Virus record (IMG/VR): IMGVR_UViG_3300045988_079610 | Length of the DNA: 64,000 nucleotides | Origin: a virus | Reading direction: 5' to 3' (one strand) | Shown here: in pieces, positions 48,366 to 57,194 of the stretch | Layout: each line of letters starts with the position of its first letter | Numbering within the stretch: position 1 is the stretch's first letter | The notes under the pieces: model-generated | Told to the model about the DNA's origin: nothing | Database searches by the model: none | Seen by the model: the letters and a program-made list of their open reading frames with translations, nothing else | Position numbers and translations under genes: made by a program

Positions 48366-48379
48366 TTCCTACGGGGCGG
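48366..48379 (-). repeat. GC-motif copy 13, interrupted variant, G-rich on +: TTCCTACGGGGCGG, 14 nt beyond the stop of the 48393 gene
   Basis: Read directly. Confidence 0.8.
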
Positions 48380-48392
48380 TTATAGTGACAAT

Positions 48393-48743
48393 CTATATGT
48401 ATAGACGATAAACTACACTATTATTATCTTCTTGAACTTTATCTGTAACAATATAAGTAGTAGAAGTAAGATTTTTAAGTGAAGTTTTATTCCAAACTTC
48501 AGTTAGAGAAACTTTAATACCTTCTTTATAAACAGAAGTACTTCTCCAATCATGACCATCATCAGTTTCATTACTAAGAGCAAGATAATATTCATCTTTA
48601 TTAATCTTAGCATTAAAACGTTTTAGAATAGTATAATAAGGATAGAATTTCATTTCTCTACTGTAAAGTTTCCTATAATAAGGCTCTATCCTAGTTTTAT
48701 TTACAATAGATTCATCTATGTTATCATAAGCATTAAGATTCAT
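48393..48743 (-). CDS. hypothetical protein
   Basis: 116-aa ORF. Confidence 0.65.
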   Translation of the reverse strand: MNLNAYDNIDESIVNKTRIEPYYRKLYSREMKFYPYYTILKRFNAKINKDEYYLALSNETDDGHDWRSTSVYKEGIKVSLTEVWNKTSLKNLTSTTYIVTDKVQEDNNSVVYRLYI

Positions 48744-48763
48744 AATTTAATTTAGTTATTATT

Positions 48764-49954
48764 TTAACCTATAGATATAACACGAGCATGAAAAGGAACA
48801 TTTAATTTACCTGAACGTTCTCTATATTCTACAATAGCATATTTACCAATATATTTATCTTTATCTTTAAGAATCATTTCTTGATAAGCATGACTAGAAT
48901 TTATAGCACATTCAAATTGATTATCATTAATATCATTTTGAAGAACTAGTTTACATAAATCTTTTCTAACTCCTTCAGGAATAACATCAACAATTTTAAA
49001 TTTACCATCATCAACTCGTTTGTATTTAAACATAGCAGCATTACGTTTACCAAATTGATATTCAGATAAAGGATTACGAATAATAAGACCTTCAAAACCA
49101 AGAGAAATAAATTTATCTCTATATCTTGTAGCTTCATTAAAATTTGTAATTAGAACATCAGGTAAAAGTATTAATTGAGATTTATTATTAAGATGCTGTG
49201 TAATATCTTCAAAAGTATAACAAAGTTTTTTAATGTTTTCTTTTCTAAAGTTACTACGAGTTTCAGCGTTCATATTCTCAATTAAAACATCGTAACACCA
49301 ATATTGAAGAAGTTTATGTTGAGGAAGAGTAGGATTCTTAACAAAACTATTTATATTATTTACAGTTTGTCCAGGAATATAAAGTTCTCCATCAAGACAA
49401 GCTCCTTCATCAAGCATAGCATCAATTAATTCATCATATAGATTTGGAAGAATAATATCATCCATCCAACTAAGTTGATTCCAAAGAGTTCCTTCTCTAG
49501 AATGATATACAAGTTTAATAGGTTTAAACATATCATTAGTTTTTTGAGCACTAATTATACATCTAACACCATTAATCTTATATTGTCCTAAGAAAGGAGT
49601 TTTAAGAAAAGGTTTATTATCTTTGAGAACTTTAGCAAGCATTGGAAGTATAAATCCATCGCTAGTAGTATTGTTTTTAGGAAGATAAGTATTAAGATAA
49701 TTAATTAAACCTATAGTATCAAGTATCTTATCAGGTCCACTATCTTTCAATTCGCAAAGTTGTTTATAACCTTCTTTACGTTTAGCTTTAATTCTAGATT
49801 CAACTTCATTAGCCTTAACTAGTTTTTTAGGAATACTTTCTTGATGACCATTACAACCAACAATACCATAATCTAAAAGAATATTACCTTTAAAACCTTC
49901 TTGTATAGACCAATATTGAGGTTCACCTTTAGCATTTCTTTTATATAAAATCAT
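48764..49954 (-). CDS. ATP-dependent DNA ligase
   Basis: Nucleotidyltransferase motifs appear in order: I as KINGVR (KxDG-like, N in place of D), III as LDGELY, IV as FEGLIIRN, V as MFKYKR. Confidence 0.8.
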   Translation of the reverse strand: MILYKRNAKGEPQYWSIQEGFKGNILLDYGIVGCNGHQESIPKKLVKANEVESRIKAKRKEGYKQLCELKDSGPDKILDTIGLINYLNTYLPKNNTTSDGFILPMLAKVLKDNKPFLKTPFLGQYKINGVRCIISAQKTNDMFKPIKLVYHSREGTLWNQLSWMDDIILPNLYDELIDAMLDEGACLDGELYIPGQTVNNINSFVKNPTLPQHKLLQYWCYDVLIENMNAETRSNFRKENIKKLCYTFEDITQHLNNKSQLILLPDVLITNFNEATRYRDKFISLGFEGLIIRNPLSEYQFGKRNAAMFKYKRVDDGKFKIVDVIPEGVRKDLCKLVLQNDINDNQFECAINSSHAYQEMILKDKDKYIGKYAIVEYRERSGKLNVPFHARVISIG

Positions 49955-50436
49955 TTTATTTTCAATTTTATATTTCCAAGTATAGCTTTTCTTATATCAG
50001 CATTTAAAGACTTTTGTTGAATTTTACTATTTTCAAATCCATCAATAGTAACTTCTTTTACTTTCTTACGAGTAGTACGAGCATTCTTTACTTTTTTAGA
50101 TTTATCATAAATGATAGGAGGATTATCTTTTTCATATTTAAGATTAGCTTTATGTATTTCAGCAATCTTATTATAATATAAAGAAATCTTATCTTCTTCA
50201 TCATCTGACAAATATATATCAAGTATATATGCAAGTTTAGACATTTCATATTGATAAGGAGTACCTATAGTTTGCATTAATCTTAGACCATTAACTATTC
50301 TAGTACAATCTAAATAATGTAATTGAATTTCTATAGCTTTATCAATACCATATTCAGAAACAGAATTACTACAAATTCTTTTTACACTATCATCAAGAGG
50401 AATAATATATCTTTTAGAAATAGGAAAATCTCTCAT
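49951..50436 (-). CDS. hypothetical protein
   Basis: 161-aa ORF. Confidence 0.65.
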   Translation of the reverse strand: MRDFPISKRYIIPLDDSVKRICSNSVSEYGIDKAIEIQLHYLDCTRIVNGLRLMQTIGTPYQYEMSKLAYILDIYLSDDEEDKISLYYNKIAEIHKANLKYEKDNPPIIYDKSKKVKNARTTRKKVKEVTIDGFENSKIQQKSLNADIRKAILGNIKLKIK

Positions 50437-50437
50437 A

Positions 50438-50893
50438 TCATCTAGTTTTAAATATTAAAACTCTATCAGGTTTACCTAATACACCATAAGCATAACGACA
50501 AACTTCTGCTATATTACTACATTCACAACTTCTATATCTTTTAATAGGACTTCTACAAGTATGAGTTTTTAAATCATAATCTATAGGAATATGTACTATT
50601 TTATTAAAATGTATAAGTTCTTGTAACTGATAATAATCATCAGAGTTTATATTAAAATCTATATGACCATAACAAATAACATTACCTCTACCATTAGGAA
50701 TATTAAAAGTTTTGTCATTTCTAGTTATTTTTATAGCTTCTCCTTTATCTAATTTAATTTCCTCTTTTTCTGTTATATATGTCATTACGATGTCAATACC
50801 ATCACGTTCAGTACGGCAAATCAAAGTTTGATAACCTTTCATAATAGGCATCGGAATTACATAGATTTTCTTTTCTGTATCGTAGTTCGACAT
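50438..50893 (-). CDS. hypothetical protein
   Basis: 151-aa ORF. The listed start overlaps the primase ORF by 86 nt. Internal ATGs at 50851, 50842 or 50785 are alternatives. Confidence 0.6.
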   Translation of the reverse strand: MSNYDTEKKIYVIPMPIMKGYQTLICRTERDGIDIVMTYITEKEEIKLDKGEAIKITRNDKTFNIPNGRGNVICYGHIDFNINSDDYYQLQELIHFNKIVHIPIDYDLKTHTCRSPIKRYRSCECSNIAEVCRYAYGVLGKPDRVLIFKTR

Positions 50894-52037
50894 AACTAAG
50901 AGTTTCTTTAATAAATTTATCTATTTCATCTTTAGTGTATTTATCATGCAAATCTGCAAAGTCTTTACATTCATAATTACTAAGACCAAATTCGCCACGA
51001 GTAATAAATAAATAAGGAATATTATATGTTTCTAAAAGATATTCAGCTCCTTCTCTACCAGTTCTGTCAAAATCTAGAAAACTAAGTATCATTCCATCAT
51101 TAGATAATTTCTTTTTTATCCATTCATATTCGTTAGCTTTAAGTCTATAATTCTCACTAGGAAGATTAATCACTCCTATTTTTAGAAGTTTTCCAGTCCC
51201 CCCGTAAAGAGGCTTGTTTGTTAAATGACTTCCTAAACTAAGTCTATCTTTACTACTTTTAGTAATTATAATATAATCATAATCATCTAATTCAAGATTA
51301 GGTAGACCTTCAAGAACATTACAATTAGTAATAAACTTTAAATCAATATGTCTATTCCTAAGAGGAAAATATAGTTTAATTAAATAAATACCTTGTTTAT
51401 TTTGTCCAAGCATATAAGCATAACAAGGGTCTTTACTAACATATCTATATTTAGGTTCAGGATTAGAACTTCTATTGATATAATATTGGTCAACAGGAAT
51501 TACAAAATGAGTATTAAGATAAGCAAGATTTACATTCCATTTATCCCATATTTTTTTATCTTCTTTATTCCATGAACGTGGAACAAGTTCAATAATAGCT
51601 TTACGATCTTTACTTTTAAATAAAGCATTTTTTATATCATCATCTGTAGAATAATCATGTTCACGATTGTCTATAACATCTGCAAATGTTCTATAAATAT
51701 GTTTTAATATAAAATAAAAATCTTGTTTGTTATCAGTACTAATAGGTCTTTCATAAGCAATACTAAGAACATAAGCTACAACTCCATATACATCTTCAAA
51801 GAAACCAAAACCTCCAAAATCTCTAACTTTAAGTCTACCTTTTCTATTATAAGCAATACCCATACTACCATCAGTATCATCATCTCTAAATACAGATTTT
51901 ATGAGATTATTATGTTCAATACAATTTTGAACAGTTTCTATAGGAATATTTAGATATTTGCTTACAATATCTTCTTGACTTATACGAGATTCAATAAATG
52001 CTTTAGTTAAATGAGCAGTATTTATATTACGTTTCAT
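50808..52037 (-). CDS. DNA primase (toprim/DnaG-like), putative
   Basis: 409 aa with a toprim-like DxD segment ...ILSFLDFDRTGREGAEYL... It sits in the replication module next to the SSB-like and PolB genes. Confidence 0.5.
   Translation of the reverse strand: MKRNINTAHLTKAFIESRISQEDIVSKYLNIPIETVQNCIEHNNLIKSVFRDDDTDGSMGIAYNRKGRLKVRDFGGFGFFEDVYGVVAYVLSIAYERPISTDNKQDFYFILKHIYRTFADVIDNREHDYSTDDDIKNALFKSKDRKAIIELVPRSWNKEDKKIWDKWNVNLAYLNTHFVIPVDQYYINRSSNPEPKYRYVSKDPCYAYMLGQNKQGIYLIKLYFPLRNRHIDLKFITNCNVLEGLPNLELDDYDYIIITKSSKDRLSLGSHLTNKPLYGGTGKLLKIGVINLPSENYRLKANEYEWIKKKLSNDGMILSFLDFDRTGREGAEYLLETYNIPYLFITRGEFGLSNYECKDFADLHDKYTKDEIDKFIKETLSYVELRYRKENLCNSDAYYERLSNFDLPY
51196..51212 (+). repeat. GC-motif copy 14, variant GTCCCCCCGTAAAGAGG (C6, GTAAAG; codes PLYGG on minus strand)
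   Basis: Read directly. Confidence 0.8.
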
Positions 52038-52741
52038 ATTATAGTAACTTTAAAAGACCTATATACTTCTTTCATCTTTTCTAAGTAAGCATTATAAGCT
52101 TCTTCTTCTGTTTTATAACCTCGTTTAGTATAAGTTCTATCTATAACTTTAAAAGCATAACCATAACTTTTAGTATCAGTTCTATAATATATATGTTCAT
52201 GCGAACATATTTTATAAGAATAAGAAGTAAGTTTATTTTGATTATTAACTGCAACAGAAACATATCTAAGATTAGTTTTTCTATTGTTAGCAGGATTTCT
52301 ATCTATATGGTCAACCTGATAATTATAATCATATTCACTAAAAATAGAAAGAATATATCTAGATAATCTATATCTAGTTTTCTTTCCAAAGTTAATATAA
52401 AAATATCCATCAGAATACATACCAACTTTACCAGTTATTCTTGACACATCTTCAGTATCTATAATAGTTTTACCTTTAATGTTACCTTTCTTATCTCTAA
52501 CTATTATTATAGAGTAATCTCCTTTATTTATTATTTCATTTTTATCATATATAGTTTTTTTAATTTTACCATAATGATTAAATTGATAATAATGTTTAGG
52601 ACAATATCCCTTACACTGAACAGGATTATTACAACCTTCAACTTTACAAATTTCATTTTGTTTACAATAAGCAAACTTAGAAGTAAGATTATACCTTGTA
52701 GCATAATCTTTAGGTAATACAATTTTAATTTTATCATTCAT
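52034..52741 (-). CDS. free-standing HNH homing endonuclease with C-terminal AP2-like DNA-binding domain (mobile gene)
   Basis: HNH core ...YQVDHIDRNPANNRKTNLRYVSVAVNNQN...; N-terminal Cys-rich repeats (CxxxxxC...CxxH); C-terminal ...YGYAFKV...GYKTEEEAYNAY..., which is typical of AP2 domains fused to phage HNH enzymes. Confidence 0.8.
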   Translation of the reverse strand: MNDKIKIVLPKDYATRYNLTSKFAYCKQNEICKVEGCNNPVQCKGYCPKHYYQFNHYGKIKKTIYDKNEIINKGDYSIIIVRDKKGNIKGKTIIDTEDVSRITGKVGMYSDGYFYINFGKKTRYRLSRYILSIFSEYDYNYQVDHIDRNPANNRKTNLRYVSVAVNNQNKLTSYSYKICSHEHIYYRTDTKSYGYAFKVIDRTYTKRGYKTEEEAYNAYLEKMKEVYRSFKVTII

Positions 52742-52780
52742 AAGTATATGTTTTTAATTAATACTTAAAGTAAAGGTATT

Positions 52781-52814
52781 AAAAAAAGCCGTAATAGCTT
52801 TACTATTACGGCTT
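52781..52814 (-). terminator. intrinsic terminator (minus strand) after the SSB-like gene
   Basis: AAGCCGTAATAG (52786-52797) pairs with CTATTACGGCTT (52803-52814), giving a 12-bp stem followed on the minus strand by TTTTT. Confidence 0.8.
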
Positions 52815-52864
52815 AAAAACATATATCATGAATATTAAAATACCTTGCAGACTGTTAACAAGCG

Positions 52865-53812
52865 TTAAAAGGGCATATCGTCACTAGCTCCAGCAAATGC
52901 GGCATTATCAGCACCATTTGGAATAGAAGAAGCACTAGGAATAGCAATTCCTGCTCCCATACCAGGCATCTGAGGAACACCTACAGAAGGAGCTTTATTT
53001 ACTTGTTTTGGAGTAATAGATTCTTTAGCTGCATCAATACGAAGAATTGCTGGAGGATTAGTACCTTTAACAAGTTCAATAGCACCACTACCAACAAAAC
53101 CTGTGAAACTCAATTCTCCACCTTTATCTACATTAACCCAATCTCCTTTACGATTACGAACCGCACGAAGAAGTTTAATCCAAACAGGAATAAAGTTACC
53201 ATTTTGGTCTTTATATGTAGGTTTAGCAGTCTCTCCATCAGCAAGATTAAAGTTACCATTAAGCATTGTTGCAATATTGTCAAATACATGACGATAACCA
53301 TCAACAACTTCTTGAGGGTCAATAGCTACATACTGAACTTGACCATTCTCATCTTCTGCAAAATCTTCAAATGGAAGAGTTAAAGCATCTTCTTCTTCAG
53401 CAGTCATCTCTCGACCTTTGAAATAGAATATGTCAAGAATATGCTTACCCCAATTAAGAACATTATCTACTTGCCAAGCATCTTTTCCATCAGGAATAGT
53501 ATCTACATTACTTTCAATAGGGAAAAGTGTCTTAGTAACATAACGTCTTTCATTAACATTAGAATGATTACTAGCAAAAGTAAGTACAAGACGAGGAACT
53601 CTAAGACCTGTAAAAGCTTTAGAATCAGCATTTACACTCCATTCTACAGAAACAGAATCAAGATGTCCAATAAACAAAGCATTACCAGCAGCATCTTTCT
53701 CATGAAATTTAAGACGATTAACTGCATGACGACTATTGTTAATACCTCTACGATTTACTTTCTTTGCAGCACCATTTGCAACTACTGCTGCACTTTCTTT
53801 TTCATTTGCCAT
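52865..53812 (-). CDS. single-stranded DNA-binding protein-like (divergent) with SSB-type acidic C-terminal tip
   Basis: 315 aa with a G/P/A-rich flexible tail ending ...GASDDMPF (compare bacterial SSB DDDIPF). G+C and C/G-ending codon use are higher than in neighbouring genes, and the gene has its own terminator. Confidence 0.55.
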   Translation of the reverse strand: MANEKESAAVVANGAAKKVNRRGINNSRHAVNRLKFHEKDAAGNALFIGHLDSVSVEWSVNADSKAFTGLRVPRLVLTFASNHSNVNERRYVTKTLFPIESNVDTIPDGKDAWQVDNVLNWGKHILDIFYFKGREMTAEEEDALTLPFEDFAEDENGQVQYVAIDPQEVVDGYRHVFDNIATMLNGNFNLADGETAKPTYKDQNGNFIPVWIKLLRAVRNRKGDWVNVDKGGELSFTGFVGSGAIELVKGTNPPAILRIDAAKESITPKQVNKAPSVGVPQMPGMGAGIAIPSASSIPNGADNAAFAGASDDMPF

Positions 53813-53848
53813 AACTTAATTAAGTTTTTATTGTTTAAAATTGAGTTT

Positions 53849-53880
53849 AAAAAAGGGAACTGAAACTAATCAGTTCCCTT
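53849..53880 (-). terminator. intrinsic terminator (minus strand)
   Basis: AAGGGAACTGA (53853-53863) pairs with TCAGTTCCCTT (53870-53880), giving an 11-bp stem followed on the minus strand by TTTT. Confidence 0.8.
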
Positions 53881-53902
53881 ATAAATAATTACTTATTAAT
53901 AA

Positions 53903-54733
53903 TTACTCAGCAGTCTGAGCATCAGCATCAGCATCTTCTTTCTTACCAATACGAGAAGGCTTCTCATCTACATAGTCACCAACAGAATAAAGAACTACGT
54001 CAACATCCTCAAAACCATTACTCATCTTAACAGATACTGGGTTCTTAACATCTACATCAAATACACGCTTAACAGCAGTCTTATCATCAAGGTCAGACTT
54101 CAACTGCTCCCAAGTAGAAGTATCAGAGAAAGTAAGCTTCAAACCTACACCAGGAGTATTACCATTAGAAGCAACCTTAGCACCAACAAAAGCTTGTGTC
54201 TCAGGAGATGCAATATCATTAATAGTAAGATGAGACTTAATCTCCTCATCAGAAGCATCAGCAGAAAGCTCAAACTTCTCAATAAGAGTCTCACGATTTT
54301 CAGCTACAATAGTATCAGCCTGACTAGCAAGAAGCTCCTCCTTCTCCTCATTTGTCATACGAACAGTAGTCATAACTGGAGCACCAGTCTTAGTCTTCTT
54401 AGCATAAGCCTTACCAATGAACCAACGAGTAATAGCATTGAGCAAAGTCTTAGCATCAACTTCATTATCAAGGTCAAGGTTATTCTCCTCAGCAAGCTTA
54501 ACAACTTCCTCATCACGAGTAGCAATAGCATTCTCAGCCCAAGCAAGGTTATTTACAAACATAATATTGTCACCAGTAGACAATACAAGAGCCTTAGATA
54601 CAGCAGGAGTAATAGCAAAACCACCCTTTGTAGAAAGAGCAATAAGCTGTGGAGCAACATTAGCAACTACCTTAGCACCGCTATTAACAACACTCAAAGA
54701 ACCCAAACCAAATGATACATTACCTAATTTCAT
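53903..54733 (-). CDS. hypothetical protein, probably highly expressed
   Basis: 276-aa ORF with about 40 % G+C (for example 25/60 at 54361-54420) and frequent aag/gag/ctc/atc/acc codons, unlike its neighbours. It has an acidic C-terminus and its own terminator. Confidence 0.8.
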   Translation of the reverse strand: MKLGNVSFGLGSLSVVNSGAKVVANVAPQLIALSTKGGFAITPAVSKALVLSTGDNIMFVNNLAWAENAIATRDEEVVKLAEENNLDLDNEVDAKTLLNAITRWFIGKAYAKKTKTGAPVMTTVRMTNEEKEELLASQADTIVAENRETLIEKFELSADASDEEIKSHLTINDIASPETQAFVGAKVASNGNTPGVGLKLTFSDTSTWEQLKSDLDDKTAVKRVFDVDVKNPVSVKMSNGFEDVDVVLYSVGDYVDEKPSRIGKKEDADADAQTAE

Positions 54734-54795
54734 AATTGTTTAATTTTTAAAAAGTTAATAATATTATTAATTGTAACTTCAATATGAAGTTTATT

Positions 54796-55725
54796 TCAAT
54801 CTTGAATAGAAGAATTAATTTCTTCAACATTTACAAAGTCATCGGTATCAAGATTAGTATTACCAATGACTTCCATAATCTCATCATCAGACATTACACC
54901 CATAAGATAATCACTAGCTATATCTCTAGCACCATACATAAAGGCTCTATGACCAATAAGTATTCTAGGATATTTCTTATAAGTATCTTTAGTAAATAGG
55001 TCAGCAGCAGCAGCTTCACTATAACTAAAATGTCCTTTAGACGTCATTTCAACAACTTTACCATTTATACTCTTAAATCTATGAAGTTCATATTCAGTAA
55101 CAAAATCTATAGGTTGAGCTGGAATCCTAATAATAGGAAATTTACCTTCATTAGCAACTTTAATAGCTTGTATTTTATTTATACATTTAACACATTGAGC
55201 ATTAATCTCAAATTCGTTATATTTGTTACCTTTTAAATCTGCATAATATCTAAGAGGATAAACACCTACAACATCATCGTTAGTTTTTTCTTCTGCTTCT
55301 TTAGCATTTCTACACTTAACAATATATTGTGGAAGTTGTGTTTCTAGATAAACCGTATTACCGTCAGTATATTGATACTGAGGTACATAATCTTTAGTAC
55401 AATTCCAGACTATACCTGCCCTCAGTAATAGCGCTTTAACTATATGAACATCGACACCTGTCTTACCATTAATAACATGGATATGTTCTATACAAGTACT
55501 AAAAGGCAAATTTAGGTCTTTAGCTCTCAACATAATAGCTAAACCATCTTGAACACTTTTAAGACCACTTTTATCACTTGTAAGAATCTTCTTTAGAAAA
55601 TACTCTGCTTTAGTAATATCTTTTTCATCAAGAAGATTAATATTAGCAAGAGCAGTGTCTAGTTCTTCACGTTTAACAACCATTGTACGATTGTCATTCT
55701 TACTTTCTTTATTCATTACTTTCAA
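54796..55725 (-). CDS. RecT-like single-strand annealing protein (putative)
   Basis: 309 aa. It lies next to the SSB-like gene and has a weak resemblance to the RecT core (...LNLPFSTCIEHIHVINGKTGVDVHIVKALLLRAG...). Needs an HMM check. Confidence 0.4.
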   Translation of the reverse strand: MKVMNKESKNDNRTMVVKREELDTALANINLLDEKDITKAEYFLKKILTSDKSGLKSVQDGLAIMLRAKDLNLPFSTCIEHIHVINGKTGVDVHIVKALLLRAGIVWNCTKDYVPQYQYTDGNTVYLETQLPQYIVKCRNAKEAEEKTNDDVVGVYPLRYYADLKGNKYNEFEINAQCVKCINKIQAIKVANEGKFPIIRIPAQPIDFVTEYELHRFKSINGKVVEMTSKGHFSYSEAAAADLFTKDTYKKYPRILIGHRAFMYGARDIASDYLMGVMSDDEIMEVIGNTNLDTDDFVNVEEINSSIQD

Positions 55726-55778
55726 AGAGCATTAATAAGTTTATTTCTTATTTCTGTTGCAAATATAATAACTTTATT

Positions 55779-57191
55779 TTAATCTACAATACAATAATCA
55801 GAATTATTATCAATTTTAACATCTATATCTTTTTTATTAACAATAACATGATTAGATGATAGTTGTTTATCATTGATTTCTTTTTCTTCTAATGTATTTT
55901 CACAATAAAGACTATATAATATAATAGGTATATTGAACTTACATTTACTTAATCTATATATATAAGATTTTATATCATCACATAGACTTGACGTAATTAT
56001 TAAAACATCTACATCTATATTAAGTTCTTTATCAGGACTATTTGTTGTAGATATAATGTTTATCTTTCCAAGATTAAATAATTGTTGGATAAGTTTCTTT
56101 TGGTTCGTTACACCCATTATTTTTTGCTTACCTTTCTTAGCTCCAGTTTTATAATAAATAGGATTACCATCTTTATCTATAGCTGGAATTGATTCTAATT
56201 TGTCATGAAAACTTTTACATATTTCTTTATTATATTTAATGTTTATATTATTAGTTAATTCATCTGCAAAATCTGCAAACTTATTTATTATAAGAATCTT
56301 TTTATCTTTATAACTATCAATAATATCTATAATAGCATTAATCTTATTTGAATAATTAGCAAGAAGTCTAGCTCTTTTTCTAATCATTTCATAAGTAGAA
56401 TTAGCTCTTTCTTTTATTGCTATAGGATTATAAAGATTATCTATTTGTCGATTATATTCTGTACTCATATCTAGATATTCATTCCAACCATTATCTCTAG
56501 CAAGTTTATCACAATATGCCATACTAGAAGCATTATTTGTGTTATTACCAGACATAGCAATTTTTATATTATCTAGACCTCCAAATATATTAAGTGACAT
56601 TCTAATATTATCATTATAATATTGAAGAAGTTTAGCATCATTAGTATCATCTTTAATAGTGATAGGAATACGATACTCTTCTACGGGGGGGTTAGTACGA
56701 ATATTATCGACATCATTTTGCTTAAACTCTTTAATAATAGGACAACAAGAATAAAAACTATCTTTAGTTCTACCATCAAGAGATTTAGTAATAATAACTA
56801 ATTTATATATGCTTTTTTCTAATATTCCTAAATGAACAAAAGTAAAACTAATAGGATTGTAAATAATAGTAAGAGTAGGTCTATACAAATTAATATTATC
56901 AGCAACCCAACTATCAGTTAATACATGAATTTGTCCTTTATTAATCAACTTTAGAAAAATACTATCATAATTATTCTTTTGATTAGTAAGATATTCTTTG
57001 ATATAATCTTTATCTTCAAAGTCTTTAACTAGAATAAGTACATTACAAGTTGGACTTCTATTAAATAATCTAGGAAGAAGAAGATAAATAGGTCTAACAC
57101 TATCTAAAGGATGAGGTATTAGAAAACTTCCATTACCATTACGAGCATTCCATCTTTCGATAGCATCATTAAACATTTCTTCTTGTGTCAT
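55779..57191 (-). CDS. hypothetical replication-module protein (possible helicase-like ATPase)
   Basis: 470-aa ORF immediately downstream of PolB. I could not read clear Walker motifs. Confidence 0.7.
   Translation of the reverse strand: MTQEEMFNDAIERWNARNGNGSFLIPHPLDSVRPIYLLLPRLFNRSPTCNVLILVKDFEDKDYIKEYLTNQKNNYDSIFLKLINKGQIHVLTDSWVADNINLYRPTLTIIYNPISFTFVHLGILEKSIYKLVIITKSLDGRTKDSFYSCCPIIKEFKQNDVDNIRTNPPVEEYRIPITIKDDTNDAKLLQYYNDNIRMSLNIFGGLDNIKIAMSGNNTNNASSMAYCDKLARDNGWNEYLDMSTEYNRQIDNLYNPIAIKERANSTYEMIRKRARLLANYSNKINAIIDIIDSYKDKKILIINKFADFADELTNNINIKYNKEICKSFHDKLESIPAIDKDGNPIYYKTGAKKGKQKIMGVTNQKKLIQQLFNLGKINIISTTNSPDKELNIDVDVLIITSSLCDDIKSYIYRLSKCKFNIPIILYSLYCENTLEEKEINDKQLSSNHVIVNKKDIDVKIDNNSDYCIVD
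56676..56691 (-). repeat. GC-motif copy 15, G-rich on +: CTCTTCTACGGGGGGG (codes NPPVEE on minus strand)
   Basis: Read directly; G7 run at 56685-56691. Confidence 0.95.
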
Positions 57192-57194
57192 TTT

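Noticed and set aside
43754-54743. + strand ORFs overlapping minus-strand genes (43754-44191, 44517-45113, 47115-47390, 53003-53383, 53441-53863, 54194-54715, 54417-54743).
   Set aside because: They are shadow ORFs opposite genes with clear motifs (ThyX, the SSB-like gene and others). Their products are low-complexity.
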